Source: a virus (lineage: Duplodnaviria; Caudoviricetes). From it: 24,428 bases of DNA. The notes below the pieces were generated by a model. The model worked only from the letters and a program-made list of their open reading frames with translations, was not told where the DNA came from and did no database searches. The stretch's first letter is position 1, and each line of letters starts with the position of its first letter. Shown piece after piece: positions 8,799 through 17,053 of this stretch. The stretch is taken from the IMG/VR virus record IMGVR_UViG_3300011335_000379, positions 1 through 24,428 of that record; one strand, given 5' to 3'. Both the position numbers and the translations under genes were made by a program.

Positions 8799-8814
8799 TC
8801 GCTGAAAGGAGCGA
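8799..8814 (+). promoter_or_regulatory. RBS hairpin of the 8819 gene
   Basis: TCGCT-GAAAGG-AGCGA, same loop as the 7820 hairpin. Confidence 0.6.
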
Positions 8815-8818
8815 GAAT

Positions 8819-9349
8819 ATGTCAGACGAACGCTTAAAGAAATCCGCTGGTGACAATCGCGAGCAACGCGCAGTGCAGGATCGCACCGCGACCGAGAACC
8901 GTGAGTTGTCCGATGATGAGCGAGTTGAAATGTTCCGTCAACAGTTTTTCCAGTCCTCGTTACCTGATTTACCAAAGCTGCCCGGCTGGCATCCTTGCTG
9001 GCTAACAACGACGAACCCACGTGATTCAATCCAAACACGTATCCGCTTGGGCTACCAGCCCATCAAGCCAGAAGATGTTCCTGGCTGGGAATACGCCACC
9101 CTTAAAACAGGTGATTGGGCAGGATTTATTGGGGTCAATGAGATGCTTGCGTTCAAGTTGCCCATGAGCCTGTACGAAAAGTACATGCGCGAAGCCCATC
9201 ATGATGCCCCTCTGCGCGAAGAGGAAAAGCTCACCGATACGGCTGACTTTCTTGAGCAACAAGCGCGATCATCTAAATCGAAGTTGACGCTGGGCGACGG
9301 TAATACAGAATTGGGACAAAAGCGGCAAGCTCAGTTTGATCTTGCTTGA
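8819..9349 (+). CDS. Head-cluster hypothetical protein
   Basis: 176 aa ORF with strong RBS; PGWHPCW and RLGYQPI motifs; two genes upstream of the major capsid gene. Confidence 0.8.
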   Translation: MSDERLKKSAGDNREQRAVQDRTATENRELSDDERVEMFRQQFFQSSLPDLPKLPGWHPCWLTTTNPRDSIQTRIRLGYQPIKPEDVPGWEYATLKTGDWAGFIGVNEMLAFKLPMSLYEKYMREAHHDAPLREEEKLTDTADFLEQQARSSKSKLTLGDGNTELGQKRQAQFDLA

Positions 9350-9379
9350 CAGACTTTTAACCATCTTAGGAGAAAGCTA

Positions 9380-9979
9380 ATGTCTTCGACTAGCGCACCC
9401 TTTGGTTTTAGGCCCAGTTTCCACAACAGTGGACAAATGCGGCCTAAAGCCTACACAATCGCCAGCACTTACGCTGCCAACATTTTCGAGGGAGACCCCG
9501 TAAAGTTGGTGGATGCAGGTACTGTTCAACTCGGCACGTCTGACGGCACCCGCTCGGGTACTGTTGCTGGTATTTTGCTGCTTGGCATCTTTGCCGGCTG
9601 CCAATATACCGACGCATTGGGCAAGCCGACCGTATCGTCGTATTGGCCTTCCGGAGTAACCGCAACGGATATTACGGCTTGGGTTTATGACGATCCAGAG
9701 ACCTTGTTCAATGTGCAGTACTCTAATCCGGGTACACCTGGCACCACGACCATGCAAACTGCCGTTGGTGAGCAGATGGATTGGGTTGTGGCCTCACCGG
9801 GCGGTTCTACCGCAACAGGGTTGTCAAACACCCAAATCGGCGTCATTGAAGCTACTTCTGGTCAATTCCAGTTGACTGGCTTTGGTGGCGAAATCAATGA
9901 CTCTCTGACAGACGCATATATTGTAGCTATTGTTCGTATCAACGAGCACATCTACAAAGCTGCCGTCAACTCAATCTAA
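9380..9979 (+). CDS. Capsid decoration / minor capsid protein (putative)
   Basis: APFGFRP N-terminus, IFEGDPV, GIFAGCQY, VYDDP; beta-rich, small-residue-rich; directly upstream of the MCP. Confidence 0.65.
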   Translation: MSSTSAPFGFRPSFHNSGQMRPKAYTIASTYAANIFEGDPVKLVDAGTVQLGTSDGTRSGTVAGILLLGIFAGCQYTDALGKPTVSSYWPSGVTATDITAWVYDDPETLFNVQYSNPGTPGTTTMQTAVGEQMDWVVASPGGSTATGLSNTQIGVIEATSGQFQLTGFGGEINDSLTDAYIVAIVRINEHIYKAAVNSI

Positions 9980-9992
9980 GGAGGGCTAAAAC

Positions 9993-10907
9993 ATGGCTAC
10001 CCCAATGAGAAGTACCGACTTTAGGTCGGTTGTTGAGCCCATCATGAACGAGGTGTTTGACGGTGTTTACGAACAGCGTGCAGACGAGTGGAAGATGGTG
10101 TTCCGTGAGCAAAAAGGTATTCCTCGGAATTACCACGAAGAACCCGTCCTGTACGGTTTCGGCGCGGCTCCTGAGTTGCCTGACGGCATGGCTGTGACCT
10201 ACCAAAGCGGTGGTGTGCTCTTTATTCAGCGTTACCTTTACAAAGTGTATGGCCTTGCCTTTGCTTTGACCAAAGTGCTCGTTGAAGACGGCGACCACAT
10301 CCGCATTGGTCAGACCTATGCCAAGCACTTGGCTCAGTCGCTGATTGAGACTAAGGAAACCCTGGCTGCCAACATCCTGAACCGTGCTTTCAACGGCGCG
10401 TATCTGGGAGGTGACGGTGTTTCTCTGGTGTCAACGGCACACCCGATTGTCAGTGGTACGTTTAGCAACCAGCTAACCACCGCTGCTGCACTGTCGCAAA
10501 CATCGCTTGAGCAGATTTTGGTTCAGATCCGCAACGCTGTTGACAACAACGGCAAGCGTATTCGTCTGGTGCCTAAGAAAATCGTTTCTGGACCCAGCAA
10601 TGTGTTCCAGGCCGAAGTTCTGCTCAAGTCGGTACTGCGCACCGGCACAGCTGACAATGACATCAACCCGGTCAAGTCCATGGGCTTGCTGGCTGAAGGT
10701 CAAGGCAATCTGTCACGTATTACGTCTACCACCGCTTGGTGGGTGCAGACTGATGCGCCAGATGGCTTGAAGCTGTTGATGCGTCGTGGCTTGGAGAAGT
10801 CTATGGAAGGCGACTTTGAGACTGACTCCATGCGCTACAAAGCGACAGAGCGTTACACGCTGGGTTGGACTGACCCACGCGGCGTTTTCGGCACCGCTGG
10901 AGTCTAA
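9993..10907 (+). CDS. Major capsid protein, HK97 fold, Mu gpT-like family
   Basis: 304 aa; TKETLAANILNRAF, GGDGVSL...HP, C-terminal RYKATERYTLGWTDPRGVFG; RBS AAGGAGG. Confidence 0.92.
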   Translation: MATPMRSTDFRSVVEPIMNEVFDGVYEQRADEWKMVFREQKGIPRNYHEEPVLYGFGAAPELPDGMAVTYQSGGVLFIQRYLYKVYGLAFALTKVLVEDGDHIRIGQTYAKHLAQSLIETKETLAANILNRAFNGAYLGGDGVSLVSTAHPIVSGTFSNQLTTAAALSQTSLEQILVQIRNAVDNNGKRIRLVPKKIVSGPSNVFQAEVLLKSVLRTGTADNDINPVKSMGLLAEGQGNLSRITSTTAWWVQTDAPDGLKLLMRRGLEKSMEGDFETDSMRYKATERYTLGWTDPRGVFGTAGV

Positions 10908-10918
10908 GACTACGGCTT

Positions 10919-10947
10919 TAACCCTCAACTCACAAGGTTGGGGGTTA
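10919..10947 (+). terminator. Stem-loop after the MCP gene (terminator, attenuator or stability hairpin)
   Basis: TAACCCTCAAC / GTTGGGGGTTA 11-bp stem (one G-U), 7-nt loop; no immediate U-tract. Confidence 0.55.
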
Positions 10948-10961
10948 TGGAGGTAGTTTTA

Positions 10962-11027
10962 ATGCGTCTGACAGCTTAAACCTCAAGCTGACGACATGCA
11001 GACAGACGCATCACTTGCATGTAAGGA
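10962..11027 (+). ncRNA. Structured RNA downstream of a gpT-like capsid gene; candidate Mu-gpT-DE-type motif
   Basis: Stem ATGCGTCTG (10962-10970) / CAGACGCAT (11003-11011); inner hairpin CAGCTT/AAGCTG; pseudoknot ACATGCA (10994-11000) / TGCATGT (11016-11022) abutting SD AAGGA. Confidence 0.65.
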
Positions 11028-11033
11028 AATATC

Positions 11034-11504
11034 ATGGCATCAACGACCTTTTCGGGACCAGTAACCTCCACCAATGGCTTTATCGGCGCTTTGACCGGCA
11101 ACGTCACTGGCAACGTCACTGGCAACATTGCCGGCTCAGGCTCAATCACCCATACGCCAACAGCAATCAATGCCACTGCAACAGCCACTGCGGCACAGGT
11201 AGCAACTGGCTACATCACCTCCACCTCTGTTGGAACAGTCACCATCACGCTGCCTACAGGCACGTTGCTTGGCGCAGCCCTTGGCGCGGCTCAAGGTACA
11301 ATTTTTGATCTGTATGTTGACAACACCGCTGGCGCAAGCGTAGTGACTGTAGCTGTAGCCACAAACGGCATCTTATCTAGTGGCGCTGCTGACACTCCCG
11401 GTTCCTTTGGTGACCTGACAATCGCTGCTGGCGTCACAGGCTTGGCTCGGTTCACGCTGATGTTCTCTAGCGCAACGGCCTATGTGTTTACTCGTACAGC
11501 TTAA
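11034..11504 (+). CDS. Virion structural protein (head fibre/decoration-like)
   Basis: MASTTFSGPV N-terminus, Thr/Gly/Ala-rich, TGNV tandem repeats; first gene after the MCP. Confidence 0.7.
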   Translation: MASTTFSGPVTSTNGFIGALTGNVTGNVTGNIAGSGSITHTPTAINATATATAAQVATGYITSTSVGTVTITLPTGTLLGAALGAAQGTIFDLYVDNTAGASVVTVAVATNGILSSGAADTPGSFGDLTIAAGVTGLARFTLMFSSATAYVFTRTA

Positions 11505-11516
11505 TCAGAGAATGAC

Positions 11517-11927
11517 ATGGCTGACGCAGTAGCTTCACAAATTCTACTTGACGGTGAACGGCTGTTCATCGCCAAATTTACAAACATTTCAGACGGTACG
11601 GGTGAGACCGGCGTTGTGAAAATTGATGTTTCTACTCTTGCTCCAAATGCATTTAATTTGGCTTGCAATGGCGTGAAAATCAACAAGATCTGGTCTACTA
11701 CTCACGGCATGGAAGTACGCATTCTTTGGGATGCAACAACCGACGTGTTTGCATGGATGATTCAGCAAAATGCAAACTACCTAATGGACTTCTCATCTTT
11801 TGGTGGCTTGCAAAACAATGGTGGTGCAGGAGTCACCGGCGATGTGTTGTTTACCACCTCTGATGCTTCTAGTGGTGACATGTACACCATTGTGATTGAA
11901 TGTATCAAAACCTACGCAAGCGCGTAA
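11517..11927 (+). CDS. Putative virion structural protein
   Basis: 136 aa beta-rich ORF (MADAVASQILLDG...TGDVLFTT) in the structural operon. Confidence 0.7.
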   Translation: MADAVASQILLDGERLFIAKFTNISDGTGETGVVKIDVSTLAPNAFNLACNGVKINKIWSTTHGMEVRILWDATTDVFAWMIQQNANYLMDFSSFGGLQNNGGAGVTGDVLFTTSDASSGDMYTIVIECIKTYASA

Positions 11928-11938
11928 AAGGAAAGAAC

Positions 11939-12322
11939 ATGGGCTGCACTTACGTTAAAGAGTTTAGTTTCGGCGGCAAGGTTACACCCGCAGCTGCTGT
12001 GCATAAGCATGAGAAAGCCTTGCACCCTGACAAGCCAATGACCAAGATGGCCAAGGGTGGCAAGGTGATGGAGAAGGCAACTGGGGAAACCTACCCAAGC
12101 CGCAAAGCTATGATGAAGCATGAGAAGGAGGAAACTCCTAGGATGCAACGTGAAGAGATCATGCAAAAGTCTAGTATGCGTGCTCCTCGCCGCTCAGTAC
12201 CCGTAGCTCCGATGGCTCCGATGATTGCCATGAACAAGGGTGGTATGCACAAGATGCCTGACGGAAAAATGATGAAGAACTCCGCCATGAAAAAAGGCGG
12301 CATGGCAAATCCAAATTGTTAA
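11939..12322 (+). CDS. Basic Met/Lys-rich low-complexity protein with repeated xxKGG motifs
   Basis: RBS AAGGA before ATG 11939; FSFGGKV, MAKGGKV, MNKGGM, MKKGGM. Confidence 0.75.
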   Translation: MGCTYVKEFSFGGKVTPAAAVHKHEKALHPDKPMTKMAKGGKVMEKATGETYPSRKAMMKHEKEETPRMQREEIMQKSSMRAPRRSVPVAPMAPMIAMNKGGMHKMPDGKMMKNSAMKKGGMANPNC

Positions 12323-12336
12323 TTTGAGCTTATAAT
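12321..12336 (+). promoter_or_regulatory. Putative late promoter
   Basis: AATTTG-AGCT-TATAAT upstream of the adaptor/tail operon. Confidence 0.65.
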
Positions 12337-12391
12337 TTAGTCTTCCGGGCGTGCTGAAACAGCGGCCAATTGACCTCAACCCGGAGCTAGC

Positions 12392-13372
12392 ATGGCGTTT
12401 TCTGGCAACGTAAGCGGCACAACATTCAATGCGTTGAAGGTAGTTGACCATGCCTTTAGGCGTTGCCGTTTGCCTGCGCAAGCCATTACCGCCGAAATGC
12501 AAAGCTATGCACTAGAGTCGCTCTACTTGCAGTTGTCAGACATGGCAAACATCAAGGCTCCAAGTTGGTGTATTGAAAAACTCATCTTGCCCTTCTACGA
12601 AAACCAGGAGATTATTCCTCTCCCTGTCGGCACGGTAGAGGTGCTCAATGCCAACTACCGGGTCATTCAGCCGGTGACCGGCACTACGGTAACGGCCAGC
12701 ACTTCGTATACGGTAGATTTTGGCTCAGCCACGGTGGTGGACACGATTGGCATTGAATGGTCAGGCACCTCAGTCACCGTCACGTTCCAAGTCTCCACAA
12801 ATGGCACAACATGGGTCACAGTCGGTAGCTCGTCGGTGGCCGCCGTTGCTGGTGAGATTGTTTGGACAGACATCTCAGGAGCTCTTGCGTACCAGTACTT
12901 TAGGATTACCTCGGCTAGCACCATCCTTTATACGACCATTACGCTGGGCAACATGCCGCAAGAAATACCTTTTGGTGTCCTGAATAGGGATACCTACGTT
13001 GCGCAGTCAAACAAGGTTTTTCCAGGTAGGCCCAACAGCTATTGGTTTCAGCGAGACATTCCAGAGCCTGTGATGCATGTATGGCCAGCACCATTTGCTG
13101 GCGCTGAGCAAGCCCAACTCATTGTTTGGCGGCATCGCCACATCATGGATACTGAGACCCTGCAGCAAGACGTTGAGGTGCCACAGCGCTGGCTTGAAGC
13201 CATTGTCAACGGGCTAGCTGCCAAGATGGCCGCAGAGACGGCTCAAGTGGACATCAACTTGATTCCAATCCTTGAGCAGAAATATTTGGCGTCTCGTCAA
13301 ACAGCTTGGGACGGCGACAATGACGGCTCGCCAATCTTTATCCAGCCTGCAATTGGTGCATATACTCGATGA
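12392..13372 (+). CDS. Head-tail adaptor / tail tubular protein with an inserted beta-sandwich (discoidin/F5-8-like) domain
   Basis: Helical N-terminus (VVDHAFRRC...ALESL), GRPNSYWFQR, VWPAP, VPQRWLEAIVNGLA; central VTFQVSTNGTTWVTV...YQYFRI insert. Confidence 0.65.
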   Translation: MAFSGNVSGTTFNALKVVDHAFRRCRLPAQAITAEMQSYALESLYLQLSDMANIKAPSWCIEKLILPFYENQEIIPLPVGTVEVLNANYRVIQPVTGTTVTASTSYTVDFGSATVVDTIGIEWSGTSVTVTFQVSTNGTTWVTVGSSSVAAVAGEIVWTDISGALAYQYFRITSASTILYTTITLGNMPQEIPFGVLNRDTYVAQSNKVFPGRPNSYWFQRDIPEPVMHVWPAPFAGAEQAQLIVWRHRHIMDTETLQQDVEVPQRWLEAIVNGLAAKMAAETAQVDINLIPILEQKYLASRQTAWDGDNDGSPIFIQPAIGAYTR

Positions 13373-13668
13373 TGTACCTTGACGTTTCTGGCCAGGCCAC
13401 CTACGGGATTGCCATATGTGGGCGGTGTTCACGCAAGTTCTTGCTTGCTGAACTGTCGCCGGACCCAAATTCTCCGGGGCTTATGGTTTGCAAAGAAGAC
13501 CTAGATGACTATGACCCGTACCGACTTGCACCCCGAGCGCCTGACCAGATTGTGCTGCCTTTCACCCGCCCTGACACTCCTATCAATACTCATCCTGCAG
13601 GATTGATACAGGAAGCAGGTGACTTGTTCATCATCACCGAAGACGGTGATGAGTACTTGGAGATTTGA
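13369..13668 (+). CDS. Hypothetical protein with Cys motif (possible Zn-binding virion protein)
   Basis: AICGRC...LMVCKED; translationally coupled to neighbouring genes. Confidence 0.75.
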   Translation: MMYLDVSGQATYGIAICGRCSRKFLLAELSPDPNSPGLMVCKEDLDDYDPYRLAPRAPDQIVLPFTRPDTPINTHPAGLIQEAGDLFIITEDGDEYLEI

Positions 13669-15117
13669 ATGTCAGTGCCTAGCAACTTAATCCCAACGCG
13701 AATCACGCAGCTTCCAACAGCGCCTGTGGCTGACGCAAACAGCTTGATGCTGATTGTCTATCAGGGCAACAACTACAAGATCCGCGTTGGTGATTTGCTT
13801 AGCGTTTCAGGAGTGCCTTTAACCAGGCAAGTGATTGCAGGTACAGGTATGACCGGCGGCGGGGCACTTTCTAGCGACGTGACGCTCAGCGTTGCGGTCG
13901 GCGGGATTGGCGGCACTCAGCTTAACTCTACTGGCGTGACCCCTGGGGTTTATGGCAACGCCACAAACATTCCGGTTTTCACTGTTGACTCAAACGGTCG
14001 CTTGGCCACGGCAACCACCATTCCTGCTGCAGTCCCATCAGTTACAGGCACTGTCAATCAGATTGCAATTTCAGCAGGGCCAACAGTTGCCATAGCTAAT
14101 GACCCAGTTTTACCAGGGAGTGGTGGTGTTGTTGTGCCGGCTGGAACAACGGGCCAGCGTGGGTCGTCTACGTTAGGGAACATCCGCTACAACTCCACGA
14201 TAGGCTTGTTTGAGGGCTACAACGGTGCGTGGACTGCATTCGCATCAGGCTCTGGCGTTACTTCAATTGCAACCGGCACAGGGCTCACAGGCGGCCCAAT
14301 CACCTCCACGGGCACAATCAGCATTGATGTGACCGGGGTAACTGCGGCCACCTATGGCTCTGCCACGACTGCCCCTGCAATTGCAGTTAACGCGCAGGGT
14401 CAAATTACAAGTGCAACAAACACGACGATAACCCCTGCGGTTGGCTCAATCACAGGCTTGGGTACTGGCGTTGCTACTGCACTGGCGATCAATGTAGGTT
14501 CTGCGGGCTCACCTGTTGTAAATGGTGGTGCATTAGGTACTCCCTCCAGTGGCACTTTGACCAATGCAACTGGCCTACCTTTGACCACGGGCGTGACAGG
14601 CAACCTGCCGGTTACAAACCTAAATAGCGGCACCGGCGCAACGGCGTCAACCTTTTGGCGAGGCGATGGCAGTTGGGCAGCGGCAGGTACAGGTTCAGTT
14701 ACTAGTGTTGCCCAGTCGTTCACAGGCGGCATCATTTCGGTGGCCGGCTCACCAATTACCACCAGTGGCACTTTGGCCTTGACGGTTGCTGGAACAAGCG
14801 GCGGGATTCCCTACTTTAGCGGCACAAGCACATGGGCAACCTCAGCGCTGCTGACGGCAAATGACTTAATGATCGGTGGGGGCGCTGGAGTCGCCCCAAG
14901 CACCGTGACTACCGGCACTGGCGTTGTGACGGCCCTAGGGGTCAATACAGGCACAGCAGGGGCATTCGTAGTCAATGGTGGCGCACTGGGCACACCGAGC
15001 AGCGGTACGTTGACTAGCGCCACGGGCCTGCCCCTGACAACCGGCGTTACAGGAATTCTCCCTATAGCTAACGGCGGCACAGGCACAATCTATGGCGTCA
15101 CGGGCGGAACATTTTAA
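13669..15117 (+). CDS. Tail fibre protein (Gly/Thr/Ser-rich)
   Basis: VTSIATGTGLTGG, GVTPGVYG...VDSNGR and GVTAATYG...VNAQGQIT repeats, IRYNST..FEGY, TFWRGDGSW motifs. Confidence 0.85.
   Translation: MSVPSNLIPTRITQLPTAPVADANSLMLIVYQGNNYKIRVGDLLSVSGVPLTRQVIAGTGMTGGGALSSDVTLSVAVGGIGGTQLNSTGVTPGVYGNATNIPVFTVDSNGRLATATTIPAAVPSVTGTVNQIAISAGPTVAIANDPVLPGSGGVVVPAGTTGQRGSSTLGNIRYNSTIGLFEGYNGAWTAFASGSGVTSIATGTGLTGGPITSTGTISIDVTGVTAATYGSATTAPAIAVNAQGQITSATNTTITPAVGSITGLGTGVATALAINVGSAGSPVVNGGALGTPSSGTLTNATGLPLTTGVTGNLPVTNLNSGTGATASTFWRGDGSWAAAGTGSVTSVAQSFTGGIISVAGSPITTSGTLALTVAGTSGGIPYFSGTSTWATSALLTANDLMIGGGAGVAPSTVTTGTGVVTALGVNTGTAGAFVVNGGALGTPSSGTLTSATGLPLTTGVTGILPIANGGTGTIYGVTGGTF
14461..15072 (+). 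repeat. Internal 53-codon duplication in the tail fibre
   Basis: GTGVATALAINVGSAG...NGGALGTPSSGTLTNATGLPLTTGVTG (14461-14619) versus GTGVVTALGVNTGTAG...NGGALGTPSSGTLTSATGLPLTTGVTG (14914-15072). Confidence 0.9.
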
Positions 15118-15126
15118 GGAACTATC

Positions 15127-15444
15127 ATGGCACAAAGCGGCTACACCCCAATTCAGCTTTATCGCTCAACAACAGGAGCGGCTGTACCTTTAGCAGCTGA
15201 CTTGCTCCCTGGAGAGCTTGGTTTTAACATTGCCAACACCGACATGGCACTGTATGCTGAAAATGCATCAGGCACCGTCACACGCATTATGAACAACCCT
15301 GCTGGGTTGAAGTACCCTACGGCTGATGGCACAGCAAATCAAGTTATTAAAACTGACGGTGCTGGCAACCTCGCCTTTGTAACCCCTGCAAGCGGAGCCA
15401 CCAAAGGCCAAGCAATCGCTTTTTCAATGATCTTCGGCCTCTAA
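15127..15444 (+). CDS. Short tail-fibre-related connector protein
   Basis: TPIQLYRS...LLPGELGFN N-terminal fibre module, DGTANQVIKTDGAGNLAF motif, hydrophobic C-terminus QAIAFSMIFGL. Confidence 0.7.
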   Translation: MAQSGYTPIQLYRSTTGAAVPLAADLLPGELGFNIANTDMALYAENASGTVTRIMNNPAGLKYPTADGTANQVIKTDGAGNLAFVTPASGATKGQAIAFSMIFGL

Positions 15445-15453
15445 GGAATTATC

Positions 15454-15831
15454 ATGGCAAACCCCAACATAGTCAACGTAACGTCCATTCTTGGGACAAC
15501 GACTTACCTCACACCCGCCAACACCACAGCCAACACGCTGTTGTCCAATGCTGCATCTTCTGGTCTGGTCTACAAGATCAACCAGATCGTGTGTGCTAAC
15601 GTCAATGGCTCAAGTGCAGTAAACGCAACGGTAGCCATCAACAGTGCCGCCGCTGGTGCGGGTACAAACTACCCGGTCATCAGTACCGTGTCAGTGCCAG
15701 CCAGTGCGTCTGTGATCGCCGTAGACAAAACGACTGCCATCTACCTCATGGAGAATAGCTCCATCGTAGTGACCTCTGGCACGTCAAGCGGCATCACTTA
15801 CACCTTGAGCTACGAATCCATAGCCGCTTAA
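15454..15831 (+). CDS. Putative tail-associated structural protein
   Basis: 125 aa beta-rich ORF (MANPNIVNV...LSYESI), strong RBS, between fibre genes. Confidence 0.75.
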   Translation: MANPNIVNVTSILGTTTYLTPANTTANTLLSNAASSGLVYKINQIVCANVNGSSAVNATVAINSAAAGAGTNYPVISTVSVPASASVIAVDKTTAIYLMENSSIVVTSGTSSGITYTLSYESIAA

Positions 15832-15841
15832 GGATAGCCCC

Positions 15842-17050
15842 GTGAGCATCCGACAGCAAAACTTAGGCAGCATCATCAAGCCGGGGTTTAATCCGTTGGC
15901 TGCGGGTGCTGACCAGTACAAAGGCATCTGGACAATGCAACAGGTGAACGCCGCTGTAGCTGCGAATACTTGGCCTGTGCCGCCGCCTCCACGGAAGTTG
16001 TACGCTTGGGGCAATAACAGTAGTGGTCAGTTAGGTTTAGGTAACACAACAAATTATTCTTCCCCTAAACAAGTTGGCGCGTTAATTACTTGGTATGGTA
16101 TTTCAGCGGGAGATACTTTTGTAATTTCAACTAAGACTGATGGGACTTTGTGGGTTTGGGGGAGTAATGGTAATGGTAACTTAGGTTTAGGTAACACAAC
16201 AGATTACTCATCCCCTAAACAAGTGGGTGCGTTAACAACTTGGTCAAACCTTGCAACGGGTGCAGCGCACACTATTGCAGTAAAGACTGATGGGACTTTG
16301 TGGGGTTGGGGGAGTAATGGTAATGGTCAACTAGGTTTAGGCAACACAACTAGTTACTCATCCCCCAAACAAGTGGGCGCACTGACTTCTTGGCGCAATA
16401 TTGCTGATGGGTCTGGAAATAGCTACACCCTCGCCACTAAAACAGATGGTACGTTATGGTCTTGGGGGAATAACAGCTATGGACAGTTAGGCTTAGGTAA
16501 CCTTACGTATTACTCATCTCCCAAACAAGTGGGTGCATTAACTACTTGGTTAAAAGTATCATGCGGTAGGTATTTTTCCGCTTCTATAAAAACTGACGGT
16601 ACGCTTTGGACTTGGGGTGATAATGGTAATGGTCAGTTGGGTTTAGGCAATACCACATTTTATTCAAGCCCAAAACAAGTTGGTGCATTAACAAATTGGC
16701 TTACAATAACCGGCGGTAGATATTTTACAGTTGCAGTAAAAACTGACGGAACTTTATGGAGTTGGGGCAGGAATAATACTGGACAGTTGGGTTTGGGCAA
16801 TACTACATATTATTCATCACCAAAACAAATTGGCGCACTTACAACTTGGTTAACTTCTGTTGCTGGTTCTACTCATACTGGCGCAGTTAAAACTGATGGT
16901 TCGTTTTGGGTTTGGGGACGTAATCATGTTGGGCAATTAGGTTTAGGAAACCTCACTAACTACTCCAGCCCAAAACAAGTAGGAGCTTCTCTTACGTGGT
17001 CAACTCCAGCTATGACTAACGACTCAACTCTAGCTGTCTCATCAACATAG
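15842..17050 (+). CDS. RCC1/BLIP-II repeat 7-bladed beta-propeller protein (putative receptor-binding protein 1)
   Basis: Seven ~50-aa repeats KTDGTLWxWGxNxxGQLGLGNxTxYSSPKQVG; GTG start. Confidence 0.92.
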   Translation: MSIRQQNLGSIIKPGFNPLAAGADQYKGIWTMQQVNAAVAANTWPVPPPPRKLYAWGNNSSGQLGLGNTTNYSSPKQVGALITWYGISAGDTFVISTKTDGTLWVWGSNGNGNLGLGNTTDYSSPKQVGALTTWSNLATGAAHTIAVKTDGTLWGWGSNGNGQLGLGNTTSYSSPKQVGALTSWRNIADGSGNSYTLATKTDGTLWSWGNNSYGQLGLGNLTYYSSPKQVGALTTWLKVSCGRYFSASIKTDGTLWTWGDNGNGQLGLGNTTFYSSPKQVGALTNWLTITGGRYFTVAVKTDGTLWSWGRNNTGQLGLGNTTYYSSPKQIGALTTWLTSVAGSTHTGAVKTDGSFWVWGRNHVGQLGLGNLTNYSSPKQVGASLTWSTPAMTNDSTLAVSST

Positions 17051-17053
17051 ACC

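Noticed and set aside
9363-9375. 13-mer ATCTTAGGAGAAA shared with 23005-23017
   Set aside because: Mostly Shine-Dalgarno sequence; two copies are not enough to claim a separate element.
10962-11011. Hammerhead ribozyme (CTGACGA core-like sequence)
   Set aside because: The required GAAA reads GACA, stem II is not formed and the cleavage-site base would be G. Kept only as a generic structured RNA.
11097-11126. 12-bp tandem repeat GGCAACGTCACT
   Set aside because: It encodes an ordinary GNVT fibre-type peptide repeat; in-frame and not a phase-variation tract.
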